In this document: piece by piece, positions 51,045 through 60,440 of the stretch
How positions within the stretch are numbered: position 1 is the first letter of the stretch
How the letters are laid out: every line of letters begins with the position of its first letter
Source: Christensenella sp. UBA1428
Lineage (GTDB): Bacteria > Bacillota > Clostridia > Christensenellales > UBA1750
Direction: 5' to 3'
DNA: 64,000 bases
Assembly (NCBI GenBank): GCA_002329335.1
Contig: DCTY01000036.1
Span: 22,169 to 86,168 of the forward strand
Position numbers and translations under genes: made by a program
The notes under the pieces: model-generated
Databases searched by the model: none
What the model saw: the letters and a program-made list of their open reading frames with translations, nothing else
What the model was told of the DNA's origin: nothing

Positions 51045-51056
51045 GGAGGAATACCC

Positions 51057-52418
51057 ATGCATATTGTCATCGTGGGCGAGGGGAAGGTCGGCTTTGCGCT
51101 GACCCAGCAGCTCTCGCGCGAAGGCCACGACCTGGTCGTGATCGACAACCGCCCGGCGGCGCTGCGTCAGTCGGACGACGTTCTGGACGTTTTTACCGTT
51201 GAGGGCAACGGCGCGTCCTACGCCGTGCAGACCGAGGCAGGGGTTGGCCGGGCCGATCTTTTCATTGCCGCAACCGCCTCGGACGAGGTCAACCTGCTTT
51301 GCTGCATGGTGGCCAAGCAGATCGGCGCGCGCCATACGATCGCCCGCGTGCGCAACCCCGATTATACCAGTCAGATCGCCTTTTACCGCGAGCGGCTGGG
51401 GCTTTCGATGACGGTCAACCCGGAGATGAGCGCTGCAAGGGAGATTTCGCGCATGCTGCGCTTCCCTTCGGCCAGCAATATTATGACCTTTGCCAGCGGG
51501 CGCGTCGAGGTTGTGGAAACCAAGATCGACGTCAAAAGCCCGTTAAACGGGCTGGCGCTGCGGGAGATTTACCGAAAATATCAGATCAAGGCGCTGGTAT
51601 GCGCGGTGGAACGCGAGGACGCCGTTTATATCCCGACCGGCGATTTTGTCCTGCGCGCCGGCGACCGCGCTCACATTACCGCCCAGCCGACGCACATTGC
51701 GGATCTTTTCCGGGCGCTGGGGATCTTCAAGGAGCGCGTCCGCACGGTGATGCTGGTAGGCGGCAGCCGGATTGCGGCCTATCTGGCCAAAATGCTGCCG
51801 GAAATGGGCATCCGCGTGACGCTCATTGAAATTGATCCGGCGCGCGCCGCGCAGTTAAACGAGCAGCTGCCCAAGGCCATCGTCCTTTGCGGCGATGGCG
51901 CGGATCAGGAAATCCTGCTGGAGGAAGGCCTGGAACAGGTGGACGCGTTTGTCGCGCTGACCGGGTTTGACGAGGAAAATATTCTGCTGGGGATGTTCGC
52001 GCGGGCCAAAGGCGTGCCCAAGGTGATCGTCAAGGTTGACCGGATTTCCTTTTTGGACGTGCTGGGCGAGCAGGCGGGCATCGAGGGCGTGATTTCCCCC
52101 AAGCAGCTGACGGCGGACCGCATCTGCACCTATGTGCGCGGGATTCAGAACTCGCTGGGCTCCGGCGTGGAAACGATGCGCAGTATTGTCGGCGGCAAGG
52201 CGGAGGCGCTGGAATTCCGCGTCCGTGCAAACGCCAGGCATCTGGGGACGCCGCTGCGTCAGCTCAAGCTGCGCGCAGGCGTGATCTTATGCTGCGTGAT
52301 CCGCGCGGGCGTGCCGATTATCTGCGATGGCAGCACGACCGTGGAGGCGGACGACAGCGTGATTGTGATGACCACGGTGCAGGGGCTGAATGAATTTAAC
52401 GATATTTTTGTTGTGTAA
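51057..52418 (+). CDS. trkA: Trk system potassium uptake protein TrkA (two RCK/NAD-binding modules)
   Basis: MHIVIVGEGKVG and second VMLVGGSRIA Rossmann repeats. RBS GGAGGA. Confidence 0.9.
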   Translation: MHIVIVGEGKVGFALTQQLSREGHDLVVIDNRPAALRQSDDVLDVFTVEGNGASYAVQTEAGVGRADLFIAATASDEVNLLCCMVAKQIGARHTIARVRNPDYTSQIAFYRERLGLSMTVNPEMSAAREISRMLRFPSASNIMTFASGRVEVVETKIDVKSPLNGLALREIYRKYQIKALVCAVEREDAVYIPTGDFVLRAGDRAHITAQPTHIADLFRALGIFKERVRTVMLVGGSRIAAYLAKMLPEMGIRVTLIEIDPARAAQLNEQLPKAIVLCGDGADQEILLEEGLEQVDAFVALTGFDEENILLGMFARAKGVPKVIVKVDRISFLDVLGEQAGIEGVISPKQLTADRICTYVRGIQNSLGSGVETMRSIVGGKAEALEFRVRANARHLGTPLRQLKLRAGVILCCVIRAGVPIICDGSTTVEADDSVIVMTTVQGLNEFNDIFVV

Positions 52419-52442
52419 TGCAGGGAAACGGAGCGTTTTTGG

Positions 52443-53885
52443 ATGAACGGACCCATGGTGATCAATATCCTCTGCCTGATTTTAAGGGTGGAGGCGGCTT
52501 TGCTGCTGCCCAGCGTACTGATCGGAGCGCTTGACGGGGACGGCAGCTGGATTGCATTTGTCGTGACCATCGGCATTTTGCTGCTGCTGAGCCTGACGAC
52601 GCTGCTGGTTCGGCCGAAAACACGGGTGATCTATGCGCGCGACGGTTTTGTCATTGTGGCGCTGGCCTGGGTTTTGATGAGCGTTTTCGGCGCGCTGCCG
52701 GCGGTGTTTTGCGGCGCGATCCCTTCCTTTGTCGACAGCTTTTTTGAAACCGTGTCCGGCTTTACGACAACCGGGTCGAGTATTCTTACCAATGTTGAGG
52801 TGCTGCCGCGCAGCGTGCTGTTCTGGCGCAGCTTTACCCATTTTATCGGCGGCATGGGCGTTCTGGTTTTTGTGCTGAGCATTCTGCCGCTGGCGGACGA
52901 CCGGTCGATGCATCTGATGCGCGCCGAGGTGCCGGGCCCTTCGGCGGGCAAGCTGGCGCCGCGGCTGCGCGCGACGGCGCGGATTTTATACGGGCTGTAT
53001 GTGGCGCTGGCGGCGCTGCAATGCATTTTGCTGCTCCTTGGCGGCATGCCGCTGTTTGACAGCGTTGTCAATACCTTTGCTACTGCGGGTACCGGCGGTT
53101 TTGCAATTAAAAACGCCTCCATCGCCGCCTATGACAGCGCTTATCTTCAGTGGGTCATCACCATTTTCATGATCCTTTTCGGCGTGAATTTCAACCTGTA
53201 TTATCTGATCATGCTGGGACAGATCGGCCGTGCGCTGCGCAGCGAGGAGCTGCGCTGGTATTTGAGCATCATTGCGCTGTCCATCGGCCTGATTACGATC
53301 AATATCTGGGATCAGTACGGCGCGGGCGGTTTTTTGCAGGCGTCCTTCCAGGTCGCCTCGGTGATCAGCACGACCGGCTTTGCCACGGCGGACTTTAATA
53401 CCTGGCCGGAACTGAGCCGGATGATTCTGGTGATTTTGATGTTTTTGGGCAGCTGCGCGGGGTCTACCGGCGGCGGAATCAAAACCTCCCGTTTCATCAT
53501 TCTGATCAAATCCATCGGCTGCGAGATTCACCGTATTTTGCATCCGCGCGCCGTAACGGCCATTAAACTGGAGGATAAGCCGGTGGCGGAAAACACCCTG
53601 CGGGGCGTGCAGGCGTATTTGTCCACCTATATGGTGCTGATGGGCGCGTCGATGCTGCTGGTTTCTCTGGACGGGTTTGATTTTGAAACGACGACCACTG
53701 CGGTGATCTCCTGTTTTAACAATATCGGTCCCGGCCTTGGCATGGTCGGCCCTACGGGGAATTTTTCGGCGTTTTCGATTTTCTCAAAGCTGGTGCTGTC
53801 GGCCAATATGCTGCTGGGGCGTTTGGAAATCTTCCCGATGCTGGTGCTGTTTTCGGTGCCGAAAAACTGGCGGCGCGGGCGGTAA
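52443..53885 (+). CDS. trkH: TrkH-family potassium transporter
   Basis: 480 aa, polytopic. Selectivity-filter-like TTTGSS, TAGTGGF, STTGFAT and GSTGGGIKT repeats. Confidence 0.9.
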   Translation: MNGPMVINILCLILRVEAALLLPSVLIGALDGDGSWIAFVVTIGILLLLSLTTLLVRPKTRVIYARDGFVIVALAWVLMSVFGALPAVFCGAIPSFVDSFFETVSGFTTTGSSILTNVEVLPRSVLFWRSFTHFIGGMGVLVFVLSILPLADDRSMHLMRAEVPGPSAGKLAPRLRATARILYGLYVALAALQCILLLLGGMPLFDSVVNTFATAGTGGFAIKNASIAAYDSAYLQWVITIFMILFGVNFNLYYLIMLGQIGRALRSEELRWYLSIIALSIGLITINIWDQYGAGGFLQASFQVASVISTTGFATADFNTWPELSRMILVILMFLGSCAGSTGGGIKTSRFIILIKSIGCEIHRILHPRAVTAIKLEDKPVAENTLRGVQAYLSTYMVLMGASMLLVSLDGFDFETTTTAVISCFNNIGPGLGMVGPTGNFSAFSIFSKLVLSANMLLGRLEIFPMLVLFSVPKNWRRGR

Positions 53886-53915
53886 AACCGGCGCCTGGGA
53901 GGAAAGGAGCGGTTT

Positions 53916-55841
53916 ATGCGCATTTGCAATACCGGCATTGTCGCGCACGTCGACGCGGGCAAAACAACGATTACCGAACAGCTGCTTTGCAAAAGCGGCG
54001 CAATTGAAAAGCCGGGCAGCGTGGACAAGGGTACGGCAAAGACGGATTATATGGACATCGAGCAGCGCCGGGGCATTTCCGTGCGCGCGGCTGCGGTGCA
54101 GCTGGTGTGGGAAAATACCCGGATTCATCTGATCGATACGCCTGGCCATGCGGACTTTTCCGCCGACGTGGAGCGGGCGCTGCGCGTGCTGGACTGCGCG
54201 GTGCTGGTGGTGTCGGCGGCGGAGGGCGTGCAGGCGCGCACCCAGCTTTTGTTTCGCGCGCTGATGCAGCGCAGGCTGCCGACGATTGTTTTTATCAATA
54301 AAACCGACCGGGTTGGCGCGGACATCGACCGGACGATGGCGCAGCTGCGCGAAAAGCTTTCGCCTCAGATGGTGCTGATCGGCGGACAGAGCGACCGGGC
54401 GCTTGGCGAAGCGCTGGCGGATCGGGACGAGGAGCTTTTCGAGCGTGTGCTGGCGGGCGAAACGATTGAGCGCGCGCGGCTGGACCGGCTCATTGCGCAG
54501 CAATGTCAGAGGCTGGAGCTTTTCCCGGTTTTCTGCGGCAGCGCGCTGCACGGCCAGGGCATGGAAGAATTGCTCTGCGCCATGGTGCGGTATTTTCCCG
54601 CCAGCCAGGGGGGCGCGGATCGTCCCTTTTCGGCGCTGGTTTATAAACTGGAGCACGACCCCAAACTGGGGGCGCTGGCGCATGTGCGCCTGTATGGGGG
54701 GAGGGTCGGCGTGCGCGACAGCCTGTACAACAACCGCACCGGGCAGCAGGAAAAGGTGACCCAGCTGTTTACCGCTTCCGGCGCGGCCCTGCGGCGCACC
54801 GACAGCGCCGTCTGCGGCGAGGTTGCCGTTTTGTGCGGTCAGGCGCATGCGCGTATCGGCGACGTGCTGGGGGATCCTCAGCCGATTCCGCCGGCGGGAA
54901 CGCCGACGCGGCCGCTGCTGTCCGTGCGCGTGCTGCCCAAAACGCCGGAGCAGACGCCTGCGCTTTTGGCGGCGCTGGAGGAATTGACCAGCGAGGATCC
55001 GATGCTGGACGTGCGCTGGGAGCCGTCGCTTCGGGAAATGCTGTTGTCCATTACCGGCCTGATTCAGCTGGAGGTTTTGGGCGAGCTTTTAAAGACGCGC
55101 TTTGGGCTGGAGGCGGATTTTGACCAGCCGACCGTTGTCTATATGGAAACGCCCGCGCAAAGCGGCACGGGCTTTGTTGCCTATACGATGCCCAAGCCCT
55201 GCTGGGCGGTAATTGAGCTGGCGTTTGAACCGCTTGAACGGGGCAGCGGCGTGGTGTTTGAGTCGGTTGTCAACCCCAACCAGATGCTGCCGCGCTATCA
55301 GGAGCATATCCGCCAGTGTCTGCCGCGCGCGCTGCGCCAGGGGCCGCTGGGCTGGCAGGTGACGGATGTGAAAATTACGCTTACCGGCGGGCACCATCAT
55401 CAGTTCCATACCCATCCGCTGGACTTTTTCGTGGCGACGCCCATGGCGGTGATGGACGGGCTGACGCGCACCGGCACCACGCTGTTGGAGCCGTATATGC
55501 GCTTTGAAGCGCATGTGCCGGAAAAATGCGGGCCGCAGATCATCGGCGAGGTCCTGCGCATGCGCGGTCAGGTGGACGATTCGCATCTGGATGCGGACGG
55601 GATCGTGCTGTGCGGCGTGGTGCCGCTGGCAACCTCGCTGAATTTTCCGGTGTATCTGGCCAGCGCGGCCTCCGGCAAGGGCACGCTGTTTGAACAGTTT
55701 GATTCCTATCGGCCCTGCCCGCTGGAGCTGGGCCGTCAAGCGCCCTATCGCGGCGTGCATCCGCTGGATACCGCGCGGTATATTCTGGCGGCAAGAGGCG
55801 CGCTTTCCGACGAGCTGGCGGCGCACGAACAATCTGTCTGA
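53916..55841 (+). CDS. TetM/TetO-family ribosomal-protection-like translational GTPase (EF-G paralogue)
   Basis: 641 aa (I recall Tet(M) as about 640 aa). Collinear with Tet(M) as recalled: GIVAHVDAGKTT, GSVDKGTAKTD, W.NT...IDTPGH.DF, TIVFINKTD. Confidence 0.8.
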   Translation: MRICNTGIVAHVDAGKTTITEQLLCKSGAIEKPGSVDKGTAKTDYMDIEQRRGISVRAAAVQLVWENTRIHLIDTPGHADFSADVERALRVLDCAVLVVSAAEGVQARTQLLFRALMQRRLPTIVFINKTDRVGADIDRTMAQLREKLSPQMVLIGGQSDRALGEALADRDEELFERVLAGETIERARLDRLIAQQCQRLELFPVFCGSALHGQGMEELLCAMVRYFPASQGGADRPFSALVYKLEHDPKLGALAHVRLYGGRVGVRDSLYNNRTGQQEKVTQLFTASGAALRRTDSAVCGEVAVLCGQAHARIGDVLGDPQPIPPAGTPTRPLLSVRVLPKTPEQTPALLAALEELTSEDPMLDVRWEPSLREMLLSITGLIQLEVLGELLKTRFGLEADFDQPTVVYMETPAQSGTGFVAYTMPKPCWAVIELAFEPLERGSGVVFESVVNPNQMLPRYQEHIRQCLPRALRQGPLGWQVTDVKITLTGGHHHQFHTHPLDFFVATPMAVMDGLTRTGTTLLEPYMRFEAHVPEKCGPQIIGEVLRMRGQVDDSHLDADGIVLCGVVPLATSLNFPVYLASAASGKGTLFEQFDSYRPCPLELGRQAPYRGVHPLDTARYILAARGALSDELAAHEQSV

Positions 55842-55898
55842 CGGGACGCGCAGCCTTGCGGCTTGCGCGCATGCTTTTGCGGAGAAAAGGAGGGGCGT

Positions 55899-56615
55899 AT
55901 GCAGATAACAGGACGAATCCATTCTTTTCAGTCCATGGGCGCGGTAGACGGCCCGGGGCTGCGGTTTGTGGTGTTTATGCAGGGATGCCCGCTGCGGTGC
56001 GCCTATTGCCATAACCCGGACACCTGGGACTTTCAGGGCGGACAGGCATATACCCCTGAGCAGGTCGCTGCGCGCGTGATGCGCTGCCTGCCGTATTTGA
56101 AAGGCGGCGGCGTTACCGTCTCCGGCGGCGAGCCGCTGGCGCAGCCGCGCTTTGTCAAAGCATTGTTTCGCCAGCTGAAGCAAAAGGGCGTTCATACGGC
56201 GCTGGATACCAGCGGCGCAGGCGATCTGGACGCTGCGCGGGAGGTGCTTGCCGATACCGATTTGGTGCTCGCGGACGTCAAATTCCTCTCCGGGGCGGAC
56301 TATCGCCGGTATTGCGGCGCGGATTTTGACCGTATCGCCGCCTTTTTGGAGCTGACGCGTCAGTGCGGCGTTGCGCTGTGGGTGCGCCAGGTTGTGGTTC
56401 CCGGCCTGAACGATACGCCTGAATCAATCGACGCGCTGGCGGCGTTTTTAAAGGATTATCCCAATCTGGAAAAAATCGAGCTGCTTGGCTTTGAAAAGCT
56501 CTGCCTTGAAAAATACGACGCGATGGGCATTGCGTTTCCCTTTCGCGATACCCCCGCGATGGACCCGGCTGCGCTGGCGCGTTTGAGCGCGCGTCTGCCG
56601 CAGCTTGGGCATTGA
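55899..56615 (+). CDS. pflA: Pyruvate formate-lyase activating enzyme
   Basis: GAVDGPGLRFVVFMQGCPLRCAYCHNPDTW radical-SAM activase signature. RBS AAAGGAGGGG. Confidence 0.9.
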   Translation: MQITGRIHSFQSMGAVDGPGLRFVVFMQGCPLRCAYCHNPDTWDFQGGQAYTPEQVAARVMRCLPYLKGGGVTVSGGEPLAQPRFVKALFRQLKQKGVHTALDTSGAGDLDAAREVLADTDLVLADVKFLSGADYRRYCGADFDRIAAFLELTRQCGVALWVRQVVVPGLNDTPESIDALAAFLKDYPNLEKIELLGFEKLCLEKYDAMGIAFPFRDTPAMDPAALARLSARLPQLGH

Positions 56616-56769
56616 GAAATAAAAGACCTGGTTGGCGCCAGCGAACGAAAAGGCGAAAAGATCCGGCGCATTTGCGCAAAATTGCGGCGCGCGGATTTTA
56701 TGGATGAAAAATTTGATGTTGGGGCTTGACAAAATGTGCGTCGGGTGCTTATAATCATTGCATAATGTG

Positions 56770-57030
56770 ACGACCGGAAAGAAGTACTTGGGTTCGCCCT
56801 TTCAGAGAGCTGCGGTTTGGTGCAACGCGGCAGGGAGCCTTGGGAAATACATTCCGTGAGCAGCGCACCAAACGGCTTTGGCCAAGTAGGCTGCGACGGG
56901 CGCGCCCGTTATCGCGATAGGGTATGCATGTACCTGAAGGCTGTCTTTGCTTTGACACAGGCAGCGAACCGAGGTGGTACCACGGGCAAGGAATTTCCGC
57001 TCGTCCTCCGTAAGGAGGACGGGCTTTTTT
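56770..57030 (+). promoter_or_regulatory. T-box riboswitch leader (candidate Tyr specifier)
   Basis: AGAGAG bay, distal-loop GGUGCAA, F-box CCGUUA, T-box GAGGUGGUACCACGG. Terminator CGTCCTCCGTAAGGAGGACG plus T-run. Promoter TTGACA-18-TATAAT at 56726-56755. Confidence 0.85.
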
Positions 57031-57080
57031 ATTTTGTCCGGCCTTGGCGACATGCAGATCAACAAGAAGGAGTGGTTCAT

Positions 57081-58640
57081 ATGTGGATCAAACTGGCGAT
57101 GCTGATTGTCTTTTTTGGGGCAATGGTCGCTGTCGGACTGCAGTGCCGCCGCCATGCGACGGATGTAAACGGCTTTGTGCTCGGCTCGCGTTCGGTCGGC
57201 CCGTGGCTGACGGCGTTTGCCTATGGCACTTCGTACTTTTCCGCGGTTATCTTTGTCGGATACGCCGGTCAATTTGGCTGGCGCTTTGGCGTGGCTTCGA
57301 CCTGGATCGGCCTTGGCAACGCGTTTTTGGGCTCGCTGCTGGCCTGGGTTGTGCTGGGCAGACGCACGCGCCTGCTGACCCGCAAGCTGGACAGCGCGAC
57401 GATGCCGGAATTTTTCGGCCGCCGCTATGACAGCCAGGCGCTGAAAATCGGCGCGTCGCTGATCATATTCGTGTTTTTGATTCCGTATACCGCGTCGCTG
57501 TACAACGGCCTTTCCCGGCTGTTTGCCATGGCGTTTCACATCGACTACACCGTATGCATTTTGCTCATGGCGGTGCTCACCGGCGTTTATGTCATCGCAG
57601 GGGGGTATATGGCCACGGCCATCAACGATTTTATTCAGGGCATTATCATGCTGGGCGGCATTGTGGCCGTTGTGGCGGCGGTGCTCAACACCAACGGCGG
57701 CTTTATCCAATCCCTTGGCGCGCTGGCGCAGGTGGAAGACCCTGCTACGCAGATTCCCGGCGTGTTCGCCTCGTTTTTCGGGCCGGATCCGCTTGGGCTT
57801 TTGTCCGTTGTGATCTTAACCAGCCTGGGCACCTGGGGCCTGCCGCAGATGGTGCAGAAATTTTACGCCATCAAATCGGAAAAATCCATCGATAAGGGGA
57901 CGATCATTTCGACGATTTTCGCCGTTGTCGTGGCGGGCGGCTGCTATTTTTTGGGCGGCTTCGGCCGGCTGTTTACCACGCAGGAGGCGGTCACGGCGGC
58001 GGGCTATGACTCCATTATTCCGGCCATGCTCTCCGGCCTGCCGGATGTGCTGATCGGCGTGGTGGTGATCCTGGTGCTTTCCGCGTCGATGTCGACGCTT
58101 TCCTCGCTGGTTTTGACCTCCGCCTCGACGCTGACGCTGGACGTCATCCGCGGGCATCTGGTCAAAAAAATGGACGGGCGCAGGCAGCTTTTCGTGATCC
58201 GCGCGCTTATTGTGGTGTTTATCGCCATTTCCGTTGTGCTGGCGGTGGTTCAGTACAAAAGCTCGGTTACGTTTATCGCGCAGCTGATGGGGATTTCCTG
58301 GGGCGCGCTGGCCGGCGCGTTTCTGGCGCCGTTCCTCTATGGCCTTTACTGGAAGCGGACGACCAGGGCGTCGGTATGGGTCAGCTTTGCAATGGGCGTG
58401 GGCCTGATGTGCGCCAATATGTTCTTTGGCGGCTTGCTCCCCGCGTTTTTGCGCTCGCCGATCAACTGCGGCGCGTTTGCGATGGTTGCGTCGCTTGTCG
58501 TGGTGCCGGTGGTCAGCCTGTTTACCAAAGCGCCTGATCACGCTTTGGTGGACGACGCCTTCTCCTGCTATGAGCAAAAGGTCGTTGTTACCAGCAAAAC
58601 GGCCCTTGGCGACGCGTCGGCACAGGAAGAGGCGCTGTGA
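57081..58640 (+). CDS. Sodium:solute symporter (SSS family)
   Basis: 519 aa, about 13 TM segments. N-terminal GFVLGSRSVGPWLTAFAYGTSYFSAV pattern of PutP/PanF-type SSS carriers. RBS GAAGGAG. Confidence 0.9.
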   Translation: MWIKLAMLIVFFGAMVAVGLQCRRHATDVNGFVLGSRSVGPWLTAFAYGTSYFSAVIFVGYAGQFGWRFGVASTWIGLGNAFLGSLLAWVVLGRRTRLLTRKLDSATMPEFFGRRYDSQALKIGASLIIFVFLIPYTASLYNGLSRLFAMAFHIDYTVCILLMAVLTGVYVIAGGYMATAINDFIQGIIMLGGIVAVVAAVLNTNGGFIQSLGALAQVEDPATQIPGVFASFFGPDPLGLLSVVILTSLGTWGLPQMVQKFYAIKSEKSIDKGTIISTIFAVVVAGGCYFLGGFGRLFTTQEAVTAAGYDSIIPAMLSGLPDVLIGVVVILVLSASMSTLSSLVLTSASTLTLDVIRGHLVKKMDGRRQLFVIRALIVVFIAISVVLAVVQYKSSVTFIAQLMGISWGALAGAFLAPFLYGLYWKRTTRASVWVSFAMGVGLMCANMFFGGLLPAFLRSPINCGAFAMVASLVVVPVVSLFTKAPDHALVDDAFSCYEQKVVVTSKTALGDASAQEEAL

Positions 58641-58792
58641 TTTTCAATCGCCCATTGGGGCGGGAGCCCCGGAAGCATAAAAATATTTTTTGAGGCCGGC
58701 CGCATGCAAGACCATCCATGCGGCCGGCTGATCCGGCGGCCGGGCGGCCGCCCCGTCAAGATTGTCAGGAATATGAAAGGAAGAACTCAATT

Positions 58793-60433
58793 ATGCCCAT
58801 TACAGATTTGCTGATCCGCAATGCTCAGCAGTACGGCAGCGAGGTTGCGCTGGTAGAAATCAACCCGGATGTGTGCGAGGTGCGCCGGCGCGTTTCCTGG
58901 CGTGAATACGAGCTGATCGAGGAGGGCGCCGCACAGACTTTCCGGCGCGAGATCACCTGGCGCGCGTTTAATGAAAAGGCCAATCGCTGCGCCAATCTGC
59001 TTTTGCAGCGCGGCGTGCGCAAGGGCGATAAGGTGGCAATTTTGCTGATGAACGGCCTGGAATGGCTGCCGGTCTATTTTGGTATTTTAAAAACCGGCGC
59101 GCTGGCAGTGCCGCTCAATTACCGCTATACCGCCGATGAAATCGCGTACTGTCTGGATCTGGCGGATGTGGACGCGCTGTTTTTCGGTCCGGAGTTTATC
59201 GGGCGCATCGAGGAAATTGTGGACGAAAAGATGCCGCGCGTCAAGCTTTTGCTCTATGTCGGCGACGCTTGCCCGACGTTTGCGGAAAACTATCTGCATC
59301 TGGCGGCCAACTGCGATTCGAGCGAGCCGGGCGTCCCGCTTTGCGATCAGGACGACGCGGCGATCTATTTTTCCTCCGGCACGACCGGGTTTCCCAAGGC
59401 GATTTTGCATCCGCACCGCAGCCTGATGCACGCCTGTGTGGTGGAACAAAAGCACCATGGTCAAACCCATGACGACGTATTTTTGTGCATACCGCCGCTT
59501 TACCATACCGGCGCCAAAATGCACTGGTTTGGCTCGCTGCTCTCCGGCGGACGCGCGGTGCTGCTCAAGGGTGTGCGCCCGGAGGTGATCTTTGATACCG
59601 TTTCGCGCGAGCACTGCACGATCGTCTGGCTTTTGGTGCCCTGGGCGCAGGATATTCTGGACGCCATCGACCGCGGACAGCTGGATCCGGCCAAATACGA
59701 GCTTTCCCAGTGGCGTCTGATGCATATCGGCGCGCAGCCGGTGCCGCCCAGCCTGATCAAGCGCTGGAAAAAAATATTCCCGCACCATGATTATGACACC
59801 AACTACGGCCTGAGCGAATCCATCGGCCCCGGCTGCGTGCATCTGGGGATTGAGAACATCGACCATGTCGGCGCAATCGGCGTGCCGGGCTATGGCTGGC
59901 AGGTTCGGATTGTCGACGAGCAGCGCCGTCCGGTTGCTCAGGGCGAGGTCGGCGAGCTGGCGGTGTATGGCCCCGGCGTCATGACCTGCTATTACAAGGA
60001 TGAAAAGGCCACGGCGGAGGTGCTCTCCGACGGATGGCTGTATACCGGCGATATGGCGATGCAGGATCCGGATGGATTTATTTATCTGGTCGACCGTAAA
60101 AAGGACGTCATCATCTCCGGCGGCGAAAACCTCTATCCGGTGCAGATCGAGGATTATCTGCGCGCCTGTCCGCAGATCAGCGACGTGGCGGTTATTGGCC
60201 TGCCCGATCCGCGTCTGGGCGAAATCGCCGCGGCGATCATCCAGGTTAAGGAGGGGCAATCCCTCACCGAAGCGCAGGTGCAGGATTTTTGCCGGGAGCT
60301 GCCGCGCTATAAGCGGCCCAGACGCATCATTTTTGCCGATGTGCCGCGCAATCCAACCGGTAAGATTGAAAAGCCGCTTTTGCGTAAAATCTACTGCGGG
60401 GAGAGCCTGGTGGCCTCTCAGGTGCGCGGATAA
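58793..60433 (+). CDS. AMP-dependent acyl-CoA synthetase/ligase
   Basis: AMP-binding motif YFSSGTTGFPKAI, YGLSE, TGDMA and C-terminal PRNPTGKI. Confidence 0.85.
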   Translation: MPITDLLIRNAQQYGSEVALVEINPDVCEVRRRVSWREYELIEEGAAQTFRREITWRAFNEKANRCANLLLQRGVRKGDKVAILLMNGLEWLPVYFGILKTGALAVPLNYRYTADEIAYCLDLADVDALFFGPEFIGRIEEIVDEKMPRVKLLLYVGDACPTFAENYLHLAANCDSSEPGVPLCDQDDAAIYFSSGTTGFPKAILHPHRSLMHACVVEQKHHGQTHDDVFLCIPPLYHTGAKMHWFGSLLSGGRAVLLKGVRPEVIFDTVSREHCTIVWLLVPWAQDILDAIDRGQLDPAKYELSQWRLMHIGAQPVPPSLIKRWKKIFPHHDYDTNYGLSESIGPGCVHLGIENIDHVGAIGVPGYGWQVRIVDEQRRPVAQGEVGELAVYGPGVMTCYYKDEKATAEVLSDGWLYTGDMAMQDPDGFIYLVDRKKDVIISGGENLYPVQIEDYLRACPQISDVAVIGLPDPRLGEIAAAIIQVKEGQSLTEAQVQDFCRELPRYKRPRRIIFADVPRNPTGKIEKPLLRKIYCGESLVASQVRG

Positions 60434-60440
60434 CGGCGCT

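Noticed and set aside
50755-51056. A c-di-AMP (ydaO/kimA-class) riboswitch upstream of trkA
   Set aside because: The leader after the predicted promoter is only about 80 nt. It lacks the motifs I remember for that class (ACGGGGGACCCA, GAAUCC, AGCUAACC-type blocks). I retained only the generic terminator-in-leader observation.
50996-51100. A leader-peptide ORF (MMERAALRQCAQH...) in the trkA leader
   Set aside because: No RBS precedes it, it runs out of frame into trkA, and nothing in its codons suggests a regulatory starvation signal.
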